Source: an uncultured Thermoleophilia bacterium
GTDB lineage: Bacteria > Actinomycetota > Thermoleophilia > UBA2241
Direction of reading: 5' to 3'
Length of the DNA: 64,000 nucleotides
NCBI GenBank assembly: GCA_963775255.1
Contig: CAVZIA010000018.1
Location: forward strand, 20,607 to 84,606
Positions 9,869 through 19,700 of this stretch are shown here, piece by piece (positions within the stretch are counted from its first letter, which is position 1; the number at the start of each line of letters is the position of its first letter). The notes beneath the pieces are model-generated. The model was not told where the DNA came from. It did no database searches and saw only the letters and a program-made list of their open reading frames with translations. Made by a program: the position numbers and the translations under genes.

Positions 9869-10861
9869 ATGAGCGGGAGCCTGACCGACGTCGCCGGCCT
9901 CACCGTCGGCCACTGGACCGACACGGCAGCCGCAACCGGCTGCACCGTGGTGCTGTGCGACGGCGAGGGCGCCGTCGCCGGCGTGGATGTGCGCGGCTCC
10001 GCGCCGGGCACCCGCGAGACCGACCTGCTCGACCCCGTCAACGCGGTGCAGCGTGTGCATGCCGTTCTGATCGGCGGGGGGAGCGCCTTCGGTCTGGACG
10101 CCGCGAGCGGCGTGATGCGCTGGCTGGAGGCGCACGGCCGCGGCGTCGAGATCGGCCCGGTGCGCGTGCCGATCGTCCCCGCGGCCGTCCTCTTCGACCT
10201 GCCTGTGGGGCGGCCGGACGTGCGTCCGGACGCGGCCGCCGGAGAGGCCGCCTGCGAGGCGGCGTCGGCGGCCCCGGTGCCGCAAGGCTGCGTCGGCGCC
10301 GGCACTGGCGCGACAGTCGGTAAGCTGTTCGGGTTCGAGCGCGCCACCAAGAGCGGTCTGGGCTCTGCCGGCGTCGAACTGGCGGATGGTGTGACCGTCG
10401 CCGCACTGGTGGCGGTCAACGCCGCCGGCGACGTGGTCGACCCGGCGAGCGGCTCCGTGGTTGCCGGCCCAAGGCTTCCCGGCGGCGGCTTCGCCCGCTC
10501 CAGCGAGTGGCTGCGCGAGCGCCGGGCCGAGATCGGGCTCGGCGGCAGCACCACGCTGGCGGTCGTGGCTACCGACGCCGAGCTGACGAAGGTCGGGGCC
10601 GCCAAGGTCGCGCGTATGGCTCACGACGGGCTCGCGCGCGCCATCGACCCTGTGCACACCATGCTCGACGGCGACACGGTGTTCGCGCTCGCGACCGGCG
10701 CATCCGGTAGGACGGCCGACGTCACCGCGGTCGGTGCGGCGGCGGCGACGGCGCTCGCCCGGGCCGTCCTGGCCGCCGTGCGCGAGGCGACGTCGCTGGC
10801 CGGCGTGCCGGCGATCCGCGACCTGCCGCCCGCCGGCGGGCAGGGCGAGGGGCCGGCGTGA
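9869..10861 (+). CDS. P1/S58 (DmpA-like) family aminopeptidase
   Basis: GLTVGHWTD, GCTVVL, RGSAPGTRETDLL and GGSTTLAVVATDAELT (autoprocessing nucleophile region). ATG follows GGAGGAGGA. Confidence 0.8.
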   Translation: MSGSLTDVAGLTVGHWTDTAAATGCTVVLCDGEGAVAGVDVRGSAPGTRETDLLDPVNAVQRVHAVLIGGGSAFGLDAASGVMRWLEAHGRGVEIGPVRVPIVPAAVLFDLPVGRPDVRPDAAAGEAACEAASAAPVPQGCVGAGTGATVGKLFGFERATKSGLGSAGVELADGVTVAALVAVNAAGDVVDPASGSVVAGPRLPGGGFARSSEWLRERRAEIGLGGSTTLAVVATDAELTKVGAAKVARMAHDGLARAIDPVHTMLDGDTVFALATGASGRTADVTAVGAAAATALARAVLAAVREATSLAGVPAIRDLPPAGGQGEGPA

Positions 10862-11856
10862 CCGGCGCAGCGTCGCAACCCACCCTGCTGTACCTCTCTC
10901 GCGCCGACCTCGCCTCGCTGGGCGTGAGCACGATCGAGGTCGTCGACGCCGTCGACGCGGCCTGCGCCGCCAAGGGCAGGGGGGAGGTGGTCATGCCGCC
11001 CAAGCTGAGCCTGCACGGCGAGGGCGACGCCTACTCCCAGGTCATGGCGGCCACGCTGCAGGGCGACGGCGGCCTGGGCGCCAAGTGGGTCACCCTCTAC
11101 CCGCAGAACGCGGCGCGCGGCTTGCCCGTCACCAATGGTCTCGTCGTGCTCAGCGACCCCCAGACCGGGCTGCCCTCGGCCGTGATGGACGCGGCGACGA
11201 TCACCGCCTGGCGCACCGGCGCGAGCGTGGGCGTCGCTGCGCGGTACCTCGCCCGCCCGGACGCCGCCGTACTGGGCGTGCTGGGCTGCGGCGTGCAGGC
11301 CCGCGCCTCCGTGCGTGCGCTCGCGGCGGTGCTGCCGGGGCTGGCGCGCGTGCGCTGCCACGACGCCGTGGCTGCGGCGGCCGAGGCTCTCGTCGCCGAG
11401 CTCGGCCGCGAGCTGGCGGGCCTCGACCTCGCCGTGGCGGCGGCGCCGGAGGACGTCGTCGCCGGGGCCGACGTGGTCGTCACCGCCATCACCATGACGG
11501 CCGGCATCCGGCCGCCGCTGGGCGCAGGCCTGCTCCGTCCCGGGGCGCTGGCCGTGGCGCTCGACTACGACGCCGCCTGGAGCGGTGCGGCCATGGCGGA
11601 GTGCGACCGCTTCTTCTGCGACGACGTCGCCACCGTGCGCGCCACGCAGGCGGCCGGTGTGCGTCTCGCCGGCATTCCCGGCGGCATCGCCGGGGACCTC
11701 GGCGAGCTGGCCGCCGGCCTCACGCCAGGGCGCGCCGGGAACGACGAGCGGCTCTTCTGCCTCAACCTGGGGATGGCCCTCGAGGACGTCGTCACCGCCG
11801 GGCTGGCGCTGCGCCGGGCCGCTGAGCTCCGTGTCGGGCGGGAGCTGCCGCTCTAG
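10858..11856 (+). CDS. ornithine cyclodeaminase / mu-crystallin family protein
   Basis: Family-typical TAWRTGA motif and Rossmann segment GVLGCGVQA. GTG overlaps the upstream stop (GTGA). Confidence 0.75.
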   Translation: MTGAASQPTLLYLSRADLASLGVSTIEVVDAVDAACAAKGRGEVVMPPKLSLHGEGDAYSQVMAATLQGDGGLGAKWVTLYPQNAARGLPVTNGLVVLSDPQTGLPSAVMDAATITAWRTGASVGVAARYLARPDAAVLGVLGCGVQARASVRALAAVLPGLARVRCHDAVAAAAEALVAELGRELAGLDLAVAAAPEDVVAGADVVVTAITMTAGIRPPLGAGLLRPGALAVALDYDAAWSGAAMAECDRFFCDDVATVRATQAAGVRLAGIPGGIAGDLGELAAGLTPGRAGNDERLFCLNLGMALEDVVTAGLALRRAAELRVGRELPL

Positions 11857-11876
11857 CCGCGTCCGCCCGCCGCGCG

Positions 11877-13319
11877 CTACTCTTCTTCCCGGCCGACCTC
11901 TTCCTCGACGAGCTGTTCGATCTGCGAGACGCCTCTCGGCCGCCCTGCGCGCACCCAAAGGCGGTAGAAGATGCCGGCGATGACGAGGGACGCGGCCAGG
12001 GAGACGAGCGGGTAGCCGCGCAGCAGATTGACCGCGAGTGTGAAGGCGACCGCCGCGGCCCCGATCGCGTTGAGGATCACCGAGCCGTGCTTGCCCTCCC
12101 TGAGGGAGAACCGCAGCATCGACAGCAGGCCGGCGAGGAAGCTGATGAACACCGCGACCGCGTAGAACAGGACGAGCTCCTGGTCTCGCGCCCCGGCGGC
12201 GACGATCACAGCCGCGGAGACCAGCAGGTAGACGAGACCGGCCCAGTACGGCGTGTGGTGCCGGTTGGTGCGCCCCAGGAACGACGGCAGGATGCCGGTG
12301 GATCCGCCGTGGGAGTTGTCGACGCGGGCGAGCGCCTTCAGCAGGCCCGGGCCGGCCTGGAACGACGAGCTGGCGGCGGCGAGCAGGAGCACGGCGCTCG
12401 CCGCCTGGAACGCGGCGAAGAGCGCGTGGCTGCCCGCCGCCCTCGCCACGTCGCCGATCTGCGTGCTGTTCTCCGGCGGGATGCCGATGCCGAGGCGGAC
12501 CGCCAGCGCTGTGAGCCCCATGGTGAGACTGCCGACGATGCCGAGCGTCAGGAGGAGCGTCACGCGGCCGAAGAACTTGCGGCCGGCGTCGTCGAGCTGC
12601 CCCAGCTGGGCGATGGCCGACGACGGCGCTTCGACCCCGGTGGCGAGCGCCATGCCCACGGGGAACGCCAGCATCACCGTGATGGCGGCGATGCCGGAGG
12701 AGTGGCCGGTCGAGGCCACGTGGGCCGCCGGCTTGGAAAAGCCCGAGACCAGAAGCGCGGTGCCGATGCCCACGAACGCGATCGTCATGATCGCGAAGAT
12801 GATCCTGCCCCAGTGGCCGAACCACGTCAGCACGAACACGAGCACCAGCAGACCGAGCGCGAGCGGGACGCGGTAGGAGTGCGCCGCCGGGAAGTACGCG
12901 ACGATCGCCGAGGTCCCCGCCGCGACGCTGATCGAGATGGTGAGCACGAAGTCGACGACCAGTGCGCCGAGCGGGAAGAACGCGTAGCCCTCGCCAAAGG
13001 CCACACCGGAGGCCGCCGCCGCGCCGCCTCCCTGAGGGAAGCGCGCCACGAGTTCGAGGTAGTTCGCGACGACCAGCGCCACGATGGCGACGACGACGCC
13101 CATGGTGACGAGCAGCAGCGACAGATTGCCATTCAGAGCCCTCAGGGCCGCCTCGATGGCGTACGCCACCGACGACACCGGGTCGGCCATGACCGTGAAG
13201 GCGAACGCGATGAGCAGGATGAGACGGTGATGGGCGATCCACGCGCCGATGCCCGAGCCGTGGCGCGGCGATGGGGGTGCGGAGCCTGGGTCACGCGTGC
13301 GTGGTCCGGAGAGCGCCAT
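11877..13319 (-). CDS. APC-superfamily amino acid/polyamine permease
   Basis: 480 aa, about 12 TM, with an acidic C-terminal tail. ATG 13319 is preceded by GAAGGGA. Confidence 0.7.
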   Translation of the reverse strand: MALSGPRTRDPGSAPPSPRHGSGIGAWIAHHRLILLIAFAFTVMADPVSSVAYAIEAALRALNGNLSLLLVTMGVVVAIVALVVANYLELVARFPQGGGAAAASGVAFGEGYAFFPLGALVVDFVLTISISVAAGTSAIVAYFPAAHSYRVPLALGLLVLVFVLTWFGHWGRIIFAIMTIAFVGIGTALLVSGFSKPAAHVASTGHSSGIAAITVMLAFPVGMALATGVEAPSSAIAQLGQLDDAGRKFFGRVTLLLTLGIVGSLTMGLTALAVRLGIGIPPENSTQIGDVARAAGSHALFAAFQAASAVLLLAAASSSFQAGPGLLKALARVDNSHGGSTGILPSFLGRTNRHHTPYWAGLVYLLVSAAVIVAAGARDQELVLFYAVAVFISFLAGLLSMLRFSLREGKHGSVILNAIGAAAVAFTLAVNLLRGYPLVSLAASLVIAGIFYRLWVRAGRPRGVSQIEQLVEEEVGREEE

Positions 13320-13513
13320 GACGGCTGGGGTCCCTTCAGTGCGAGCCGCCGTCCTCCTGGACCGTCGCGACAGTTGCGTTCCCGGCGCCGACCGCGGCGC
13401 CGGTGCCGACCAGACTTCCCGGCACACCTGTGACCCGGGGGAGTATATAGGACCAGGACGGGAGAAGTCCCGGTCGGGCGTCGCAGGGGGCGGCTGAGGG
13501 CGGAGCGGTCGGG

Positions 13514-14044
13514 TCAGGCGCCGGAGCCGCCCCCGAGCGCGAAGCGGCGGCGCTCGCGCAGCGCGCCGGCGCCGGTCTCCTCGATGAGGAGCACCTCGGC
13601 GGCGCGGCAGGGCAGAGGAAGCAGCGGGGCGAGGGCGGCCTCTATGGCCTCGCGTTCGCCCGCCGGCGGGTCGACGGCGACCGTCACGTGCGGCGCGACG
13701 TCGTCGAACGCGCCGCCGTAGGGAGGGCACTCCGGCCACTCGTCCCACAGCAGTCGCGTGAGGGCGCGGAACGGCGCCGACGGCTCCGGGAGCAGCACGG
13801 CGGCGTCGGCCAGTTCGGCCACACGCGTGAGCGCGAACGAGAACGCAGGCACCCCGGCGAGCAGATCCTCCAGACGGCGCTCGCCGGCGGCGTCGAGCGC
13901 CGCCACCGGCAGGAACGGCCAGAGCGCCGTCACGTGAGGAGGCAGCGCGCGGCCGGCTGGGGGCAGCAGCCCGGACCAGGGCGCGACCAGTCCGGCCGCG
14001 GCGTCGACGGGGACGATGAGGCCGGTGGACGGTGGGCGACTCAT
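13514..14044 (-). CDS. 2H phosphoesterase (LigT / 2'-5' RNA ligase-like) superfamily protein
   Basis: Two H-x-T motifs (PPHVTALW and APHVTVAV) at the spacing expected for the 2H fold. ATG overlaps the upstream stop (ATGA). Confidence 0.6.
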   Translation of the reverse strand: MSRPPSTGLIVPVDAAAGLVAPWSGLLPPAGRALPPHVTALWPFLPVAALDAAGERRLEDLLAGVPAFSFALTRVAELADAAVLLPEPSAPFRALTRLLWDEWPECPPYGGAFDDVAPHVTVAVDPPAGEREAIEAALAPLLPLPCRAAEVLLIEETGAGALRERRRFALGGGSGA

Positions 14045-15162
14045 GCGAGCTCCTCGTGCCGGTCGCGCAGGGCGCGCAGCAGGCCGAAGCAGCCGGTGAG
14101 CATCATGTCGCCGTGCGGCGCCGCGAACTCGGCCGGCAGCGAGCTGCCGGCGAACAGCTCGCGGCGCGGGCCCGTGACGATCAGCGGCACGCGCGGCGCA
14201 CCGTTGTCGCCGGGCTCGAGAACGGTGCGCGCCGCGCCGGCCGCCAGCACGGCGCCGTGCCCGTGGTCGTCGCGGACCTCTTCGCTCTGCAGGTCGCCGG
14301 CCAGCCAGCGGCGCAGCCGCAGCTCCAGGCCGGCTCCGTCCAGGCAGACGGTGTGGTGCTCGAACACTCCGGCCACACGGCCTTCGAGCGCCAACAGGCA
14401 CACCGTGTGGCTGTTGCCGACGTTGACGAGCAGGGCGTCCTCCATGCCCTCGGGCAGCGCGCCGTACAGCGCCGCCGGGCCGGTGTCGCCCAGCAGCGCC
14501 GGAGCGTCGCCGGCGAGGGCGGTAGCGACTACTGCCGCGGAGCGCAGGCGCGTCAGTTCCGGCGGGACCGCCGCCGGCTCGTGGAACAGGTCGCCGATGC
14601 GGCGACGCTCTTCGAGCGCCCGCTCCCACAGCGAGAAGCGCAGGATGCGGTTGGAGCTGCCGGGAGCGTAGCCGTGATCCTGCACGGCCACGGCTACGGC
14701 CGCGAACTTCGGCTCCACGCCGATCAGGCGCAGGGCGCCGGTCAGCGCCGCGGCGTCCAGGTCGCCGGAGGCGACCTCGGCGGCGGCGTCGTCCGGCAGG
14801 CGCTGCAGCACTTCGTCCGCGGCGTCGTCCCCGACGACCCGCGCCCCCAAGGCGCGCACCCGGTCGAGGTCGTCGGCGAAGCTGGAGGCGGCCGACACGG
14901 TGGCGACGAACGGGTGGCCGGCGGCGAGGTGCGACTTCATCGCCTGTGTCACCGCGCCGCCGCCCATGACCGGCCCGCGGAAGACCACCGTCTGCCCGCG
15001 AGCCGTCGCCGCGGCGATCCGCGCGGCGGCCACCTGGGTCGCCGACGGCACCACCAGCTTGACCGCGTTCTCCAGCGGCTGGCCGGGGCGGGTGACGAGG
15101 ATGTCGCTGGTGCCGGCGCCGACATCGACGGCGAGCACGCCGGCCTGCGGTGCGGGGGTCAC
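14041..15162 (-). CDS. ASKHA (actin/sugar-kinase-like ATPase) fold protein, DUF1786-like
   Basis: Phosphate-1-like motif LAVDVGAGTSDIL and a second NVGNSHT motif. No specific function recognised. Confidence 0.5.
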   Translation of the reverse strand: MTPAPQAGVLAVDVGAGTSDILVTRPGQPLENAVKLVVPSATQVAAARIAAATARGQTVVFRGPVMGGGAVTQAMKSHLAAGHPFVATVSAASSFADDLDRVRALGARVVGDDAADEVLQRLPDDAAAEVASGDLDAAALTGALRLIGVEPKFAAVAVAVQDHGYAPGSSNRILRFSLWERALEERRRIGDLFHEPAAVPPELTRLRSAAVVATALAGDAPALLGDTGPAALYGALPEGMEDALLVNVGNSHTVCLLALEGRVAGVFEHHTVCLDGAGLELRLRRWLAGDLQSEEVRDDHGHGAVLAAGAARTVLEPGDNGAPRVPLIVTGPRRELFAGSSLPAEFAAPHGDMMLTGCFGLLRALRDRHEELA

Positions 15163-15193
15163 GGTGCCGGGAGCCTCGGGGTGACCCGCGGCC

Positions 15194-15925
15194 TCAGGCC
15201 GGCCGCTGCGTGGGCACGCCGCTGAAGCGGAGCTTCCACACGTTGAGCATGGCCTCGAAGAAGATGTCGCCGCTCATCTTGCTCTCGCCCACCTTGCGGT
15301 CGACGAAGATGATCGGCAACTCCACGACCTTGAAGCCCATCTTGTGCGCCCGGTACGTCATCTCGATCTGGAAGCCGTAGCCCTTGGCGTTCACGGCGTC
15401 GAGGTCGATGGCCTCGAGCACCTCTCGGCGGAAGCACTTGTAGCCGCCGGTGAGGTCGTGCTGGGGCAGGCCGAGGATGGCCTGGGCGTACAGGCAGCCG
15501 CCGCGGCTGATGAGCTTGCGCGAAAGACTCCAGTTCTCCACCCCTCCACCCCTGACATAGCGCGAGCCGAGCACGAGGTCGGCGCCCTGGTCGATGCAGC
15601 GCAGGAAGTGTGGCAAATAGGTGGCGTCGTGGCTGAGGTCGGCGTCCATCTCGAAGATCCGCTCGGCGCCCATGGCGAGGGCCTCGCGGAACCCGGCGAA
15701 GTACGCGCACGCCAGGCCCTCTTTGCACGCCCGGTGCAGGACGCTCACGTCCGGCACCTCGAGCGCGAGCTCGTCCGCCAGCCGGCCGGTGCCGTCCGGG
15801 GAATTGTCGTCTACGATCAGCGTGTGCAACCGTACGCCGTGGCCGTCGGCCACCTCACGGATGCGGCCCAAGGCATGGCGCAGGTTCTCGCGTTCGTTGT
15901 AGGTCGGGAGGACGATGACGTTCAC
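15194..15925 (-). CDS. ppm1: polyprenol-phosphate mannosyltransferase (GT2, Ppm1/DPM1-like)
   Basis: VLPTYNEREN, IVDDNSPDGT, EMDADLSHD and SRY...GG are classic dolichol/polyprenol-P-mannose synthase motifs. Confidence 0.9.
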   Translation of the reverse strand: MNVIVLPTYNERENLRHALGRIREVADGHGVRLHTLIVDDNSPDGTGRLADELALEVPDVSVLHRACKEGLACAYFAGFREALAMGAERIFEMDADLSHDATYLPHFLRCIDQGADLVLGSRYVRGGGVENWSLSRKLISRGGCLYAQAILGLPQHDLTGGYKCFRREVLEAIDLDAVNAKGYGFQIEMTYRAHKMGFKVVELPIIFVDRKVGESKMSGDIFFEAMLNVWKLRFSGVPTQRPA

Positions 15926-16114
15926 GGGCGTGAGTATATCCCGCCGCGGCGGGGCGCTCCGTCCGGCCCGTCCGGTAGCTTCTCAGGCACCGCCGAAAAC
16001 CGTCTCAAGTTGTGCCGTAGCACACGTACCCAAACCCTTAGGTAGAGGGTTAGAGTCGTCCAGCCTGGATCCCCGCCCAGTACACTGCAAGGAGGCTTGC
16101 GGGGCGGAGCGAAT

Positions 16115-16130
16115 ACACTATAGTGGTGTC
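16115..16130. promoter_or_regulatory. NrdR-box-like palindrome 1
   Basis: ACACTATAGTGG is an 11/12 palindrome that resembles the left and right arms of the NrdR box (acaCwAtATaTwGtgt). It lies 46-61 nt upstream of nrdR. Confidence 0.5.
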
Positions 16131-16144
16131 CGCGCTCACCGGGG

Positions 16145-16160
16145 GCACTACATATTGTGG
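16145..16160. promoter_or_regulatory. NrdR-box-like palindrome 2
   Basis: gCACTACATATTGTGg matches the NrdR box consensus at most positions. Its centre is ~32 bp from box 1, the usual tandem arrangement. Confidence 0.6.
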
Positions 16161-16175
16161 TGAGGTCCAGTACCT

Positions 16176-16751
16176 GTGCATTGTCCATTCTGTAACAGCG
16201 ACGAGAGCAAAGTCGTCGACTCGCGCGACTCCGAGGCCGGCGACGCGATCCGCCGGCGCCGGGAGTGCCTGGCGTGCGAGCGGCGCTACACGACGTACGA
16301 ACGCATCGAAGAGGTCCCACTCGTGGTGGTCAAGAGCGACGGAAGAGAGGAGCTGTTCACGCGGCAGAAGGTCCTCAACGGGCTGCTGCGCGCGTGCGAG
16401 AAGCGCGGCATCGCGCTCGACCGCCTCGAGCGCGCCTGCGACGACATCGAGAACGACCTGCGCCGCATGTCGGGGCGGGCCGTGACCACCAGGATGGTCG
16501 GAGAGCGGGCGCTGCGCCAGCTGCGCGACATCGACAAGGTGGCGTACATCAGGTTCGCCTCCGTGTACCGGCAGTTCGAGGACATCGAGGAGTTCCAGCA
16601 GGAGCTCGCCGAGCTGGAGCTCATGGGCGTCGAGCCGCTCCCGGGTGAGGAGCCGCTCCCGGGTATCGACGCCGGCGAGAGCTTCCTGGACGACATCATC
16701 TTCACCACACCGCACGCGGTGACTACTCATGGGGGATCGGGGCATGACTGA
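16176..16751 (+). CDS. nrdR: transcriptional repressor NrdR
   Basis: N-terminal zinc ribbon (CPFCNSDESKVVDSR ... CLACERRYTTYE) followed by an ATP-cone. GTG start follows GGTGAGG. Carries an unusually long acidic C-terminal tail. Confidence 0.95.
   Translation: MHCPFCNSDESKVVDSRDSEAGDAIRRRRECLACERRYTTYERIEEVPLVVVKSDGREELFTRQKVLNGLLRACEKRGIALDRLERACDDIENDLRRMSGRAVTTRMVGERALRQLRDIDKVAYIRFASVYRQFEDIEEFQQELAELELMGVEPLPGEEPLPGIDAGESFLDDIIFTTPHAVTTHGGSGHD
16632..16664 (+). repeat. in-frame tandem duplication (18-nt period) in the nrdR tail
   Basis: gagccgctcccgggt occurs at 16632-16646 and again at 16650-16664, encoding EPLPG-E-EPLPG. Confidence 0.8.
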
Positions 16752-19700
16752 CACGGGGAAGGCAGTGATCGAGCTTTCGGCCAACGCACTCAAGGTGCTC
16801 CAGCGCCGGTATCTCAAGAAGGGCGAGAGCGGCGAGGTGCTCGAGACCCCGGAGGAGATGTTCCGCCGCGTCGCGGGCGCCATCGCCCAGGCCGAACGCC
16901 TGTACAACCCCGCAGCGCCCGTCGAGGAGTGGGAGGAGACCTTCTACCGGCTCATGACGAGCCTGGAGTTCCTCCCCAACAGCCCGACCCTCATGAACGC
17001 CGGTCGCGAGCTCGGCCAGCTCTCCGCGTGCTTCGTCCTCCCCGTGGGCGATTCCATGGAGTCCATCTTCGAGGCCATCAAGAACACCGCCCTCATCCAC
17101 AAGAGCGGCGGCGGCACCGGCTTCTCCTTCTCGCGCGTGCGCCCGCACAACGACGTGGTGAACAGCACGAGGGGCGTCTCCAGCGGCCCGCTCTCCTTCA
17201 TGAGCGTCTTCGACGCCGCCACCGAGACCATCAAGCAGGGCGGCACGCGCCGCGGCGCCAACATGGGCATCATGCGCGTCGACCACCCGGACATCCTCGA
17301 CTTCATCAGCGCCAAACAGGACGACGACCGGCTCAACAACTTCAACATCTCGGTGGCCGTCACCGACGCCTTCATGCGCGCCGTCGAGGCCGACGAGGAC
17401 TACGCGCTGGTCAACCCGCGCTCCGGCGAGACGGTGCGCACGCTGAGCGCACGCAAGGTCTTCAAGAGCATGGTCACGCTGGCCTGGAAGAACGGCGACC
17501 CCGGCATCGTCTTCATCGATCGCATCAACGAGGACAACCCCACGCCGCACCTGGGCGAGATCGAGAGCACCAATCCGTGTGTCACCGGGGAGACCCTGGT
17601 GTACACGGACGGCGGCTTGAAGCGGATCGTGGATCTCTATGAGGGCCGTCGCCGCCCCGGCCTGGTCCTCGACAGCCGCATGGCCGGCGACCGCACACAA
17701 GCCAAGGCCTCACAGGTCGTGGCCAGCGGTATCAAGCCCGTCTATCGGCTCACCACTGTGGAGGGCTACGAGCTCCGGCTGACCGCCGACCATCGCGTCA
17801 AGACCACCCGCGGGTGGGTGCCGGCGGGAGAGCTTGCGCAGGGAGACCGCATCCACATCCTCGATCGCAAGGGCGGGTTCGGCAGCGGCGGGTCGAGCCG
17901 TCTCGGCACACTGCTCGGCTGGCTGGTCGGCGACGGCACGATGAAGGCGACTGAGGTGGTGCTCTCGTTCTTCGGCGACGAGAAGCAGGAGCTCGCTCCC
18001 GTGTTCGCCGGGCTCATGCAGGAGGAGGTCGAAGGCACGCAGATCCTCGACCGCGCTTACACGACCGGTGGGTACCACGTGGGCGGCCGGGACGAGTACC
18101 GTGTCAAGTCCGCGCGCTTCTGGCGCGTGGCCGAAGAGCAGGGGCTGCGGCCTGGTGGTAAGCACAAGGTGCCGGAGAGTGTGCTCGCCGGCTGTGAAGC
18201 TATGCAGCGCGGGTTCCTCACCGCGCTCTTCACCGCCGACGGGCACGTAGGCGGGACGCTGGAGAAGGGCGCCGGCGTGCGCCTCACTTCCATCAGCCGC
18301 TCGCTGCTCCGGGACGTGCAGCGGCTGCTGCTCAACTTCGGCATTCCTTCGCGCGTCTATGAGGGTCGTCGCCCTCAGGGCCAGCGCGCGCTCCCTGACG
18401 GTCACGGCGGTACGGCGTTCTACGACTGCAAGGCGTACCACGACCTCGCCGTCTCCCGTGGTGGCCTGCGGCGATTCGCCGACGAGATCGGCTTCATGAG
18501 CGAGGCGAAGCAGAGCAAGCTCCTCGCGCTTCTCGAGGGCTATCGTCGCGGTCCGTACCGGCAGCCCTTCACGGCCAGGTTCCGCGCGCTCGAGCCGGAC
18601 GGCATGGAGATGGTGTACGACGTCACCGAGCCGCTCACTCACTCCTTCGTGGCCAACGGTCTCGTCGTCCACAACTGCGGTGAACAGCCGCTCCTGCCCT
18701 ACGAGAGCTGCAACCTCGGCTCCATCAATCTCTCCCGGGTCGTGCCCGACGGGCACATCGACTACGGCGCCCTGGGCCGGATCGTGCGCACCTCCGTACG
18801 CTTCCTCGACGACGTCATCGACGTCAACCGCTACCCGCTGCCCGAGATCGAGCAGATGACCAAGAGCAACCGCAAAATCGGGCTCGGCGTGATGGGCTTC
18901 GCCGACATGCTCCTGCGCCTGCAGGTGCCCTACGACTCGGACGAGGCCTGCCACATCGCCGGCGAGGTCATGGGCTTCATCCACGACGAGGCCCGCGCCG
19001 AGAGCGAGGATCTCGCGCGCGAGCGCGGTGTGTTCCCGAGCTTCGAGGGCTCCGTCTTCGACCGTCCCGAGGGTGCCCGCGTGCGCAACGCCACCGTCAC
19101 GACCATCGCGCCCACCGGCACCATCAGCATCATCGCCGGCTGCTCCAGCGGCATCGAGCCGCTGTTCGCGCTCAGCTACGTGCGTGCCAACGTGCTCGAC
19201 GACGACCGCATGGTCGAGGGCCACCCCTACTTCGAGCAGGTGGCCCGCGATCGCGGCTTCTACAGCGACGAGATCATGAAGAAGATCGCCGAGGTGGGCA
19301 CGGCGAGGCACGTCGACGGCATCCCGGCCGACGTGCAGAGCGTGTTCGCCACGGCCCACGACATCACACCCGAGTGGCATATCAAGCTGCAGTCGGCGTT
19401 CCAGAAGCACACCGACAACGCCGTGTCCAAGACGGTCAACTTCTCCAACGAGGCCACCGTCGACGATGTCGAGAACGTCTACCGCATGGCGTTCCGCACC
19501 GGCTGCAAGGGCGTCACCATCTACCGCGACGGCAGCCGGGACGAGCAGGTGCTCAACGTAGGGCAGACCAAGAAGAAGCGCGAGCCCGAGCCGGGCGTCG
19601 GCATCGCCACCACTCGGCCCGCGCGCCCGCAGCTCCTCACCGGCGAGACGCAGCGCGTGGACACCGGCTGCGGCAAGCTCTTCGTCATCATGAACGACGA

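Noticed and set aside
13320-13513. Amino-acid riboswitch (glycine/lysine type) in the ~190-nt region upstream of the APC permease
   Set aside because: There is a TATATA/TATACT box (13443-13450, minus strand) and a GC-rich leader. None of the conserved riboswitch cores I know are present (for example the CUCUGGAGAG...CACCGAAGGGGCAA of glycine aptamers). An Rfam scan would settle it.
15926-16175. Cobalamin riboswitch upstream of the B12-dependent nrdJ
   Set aside because: nrdJ is directly preceded by nrdR. The leader contains NrdR-box palindromes and no B12-box-like core or multi-stem architecture that I could recognise.
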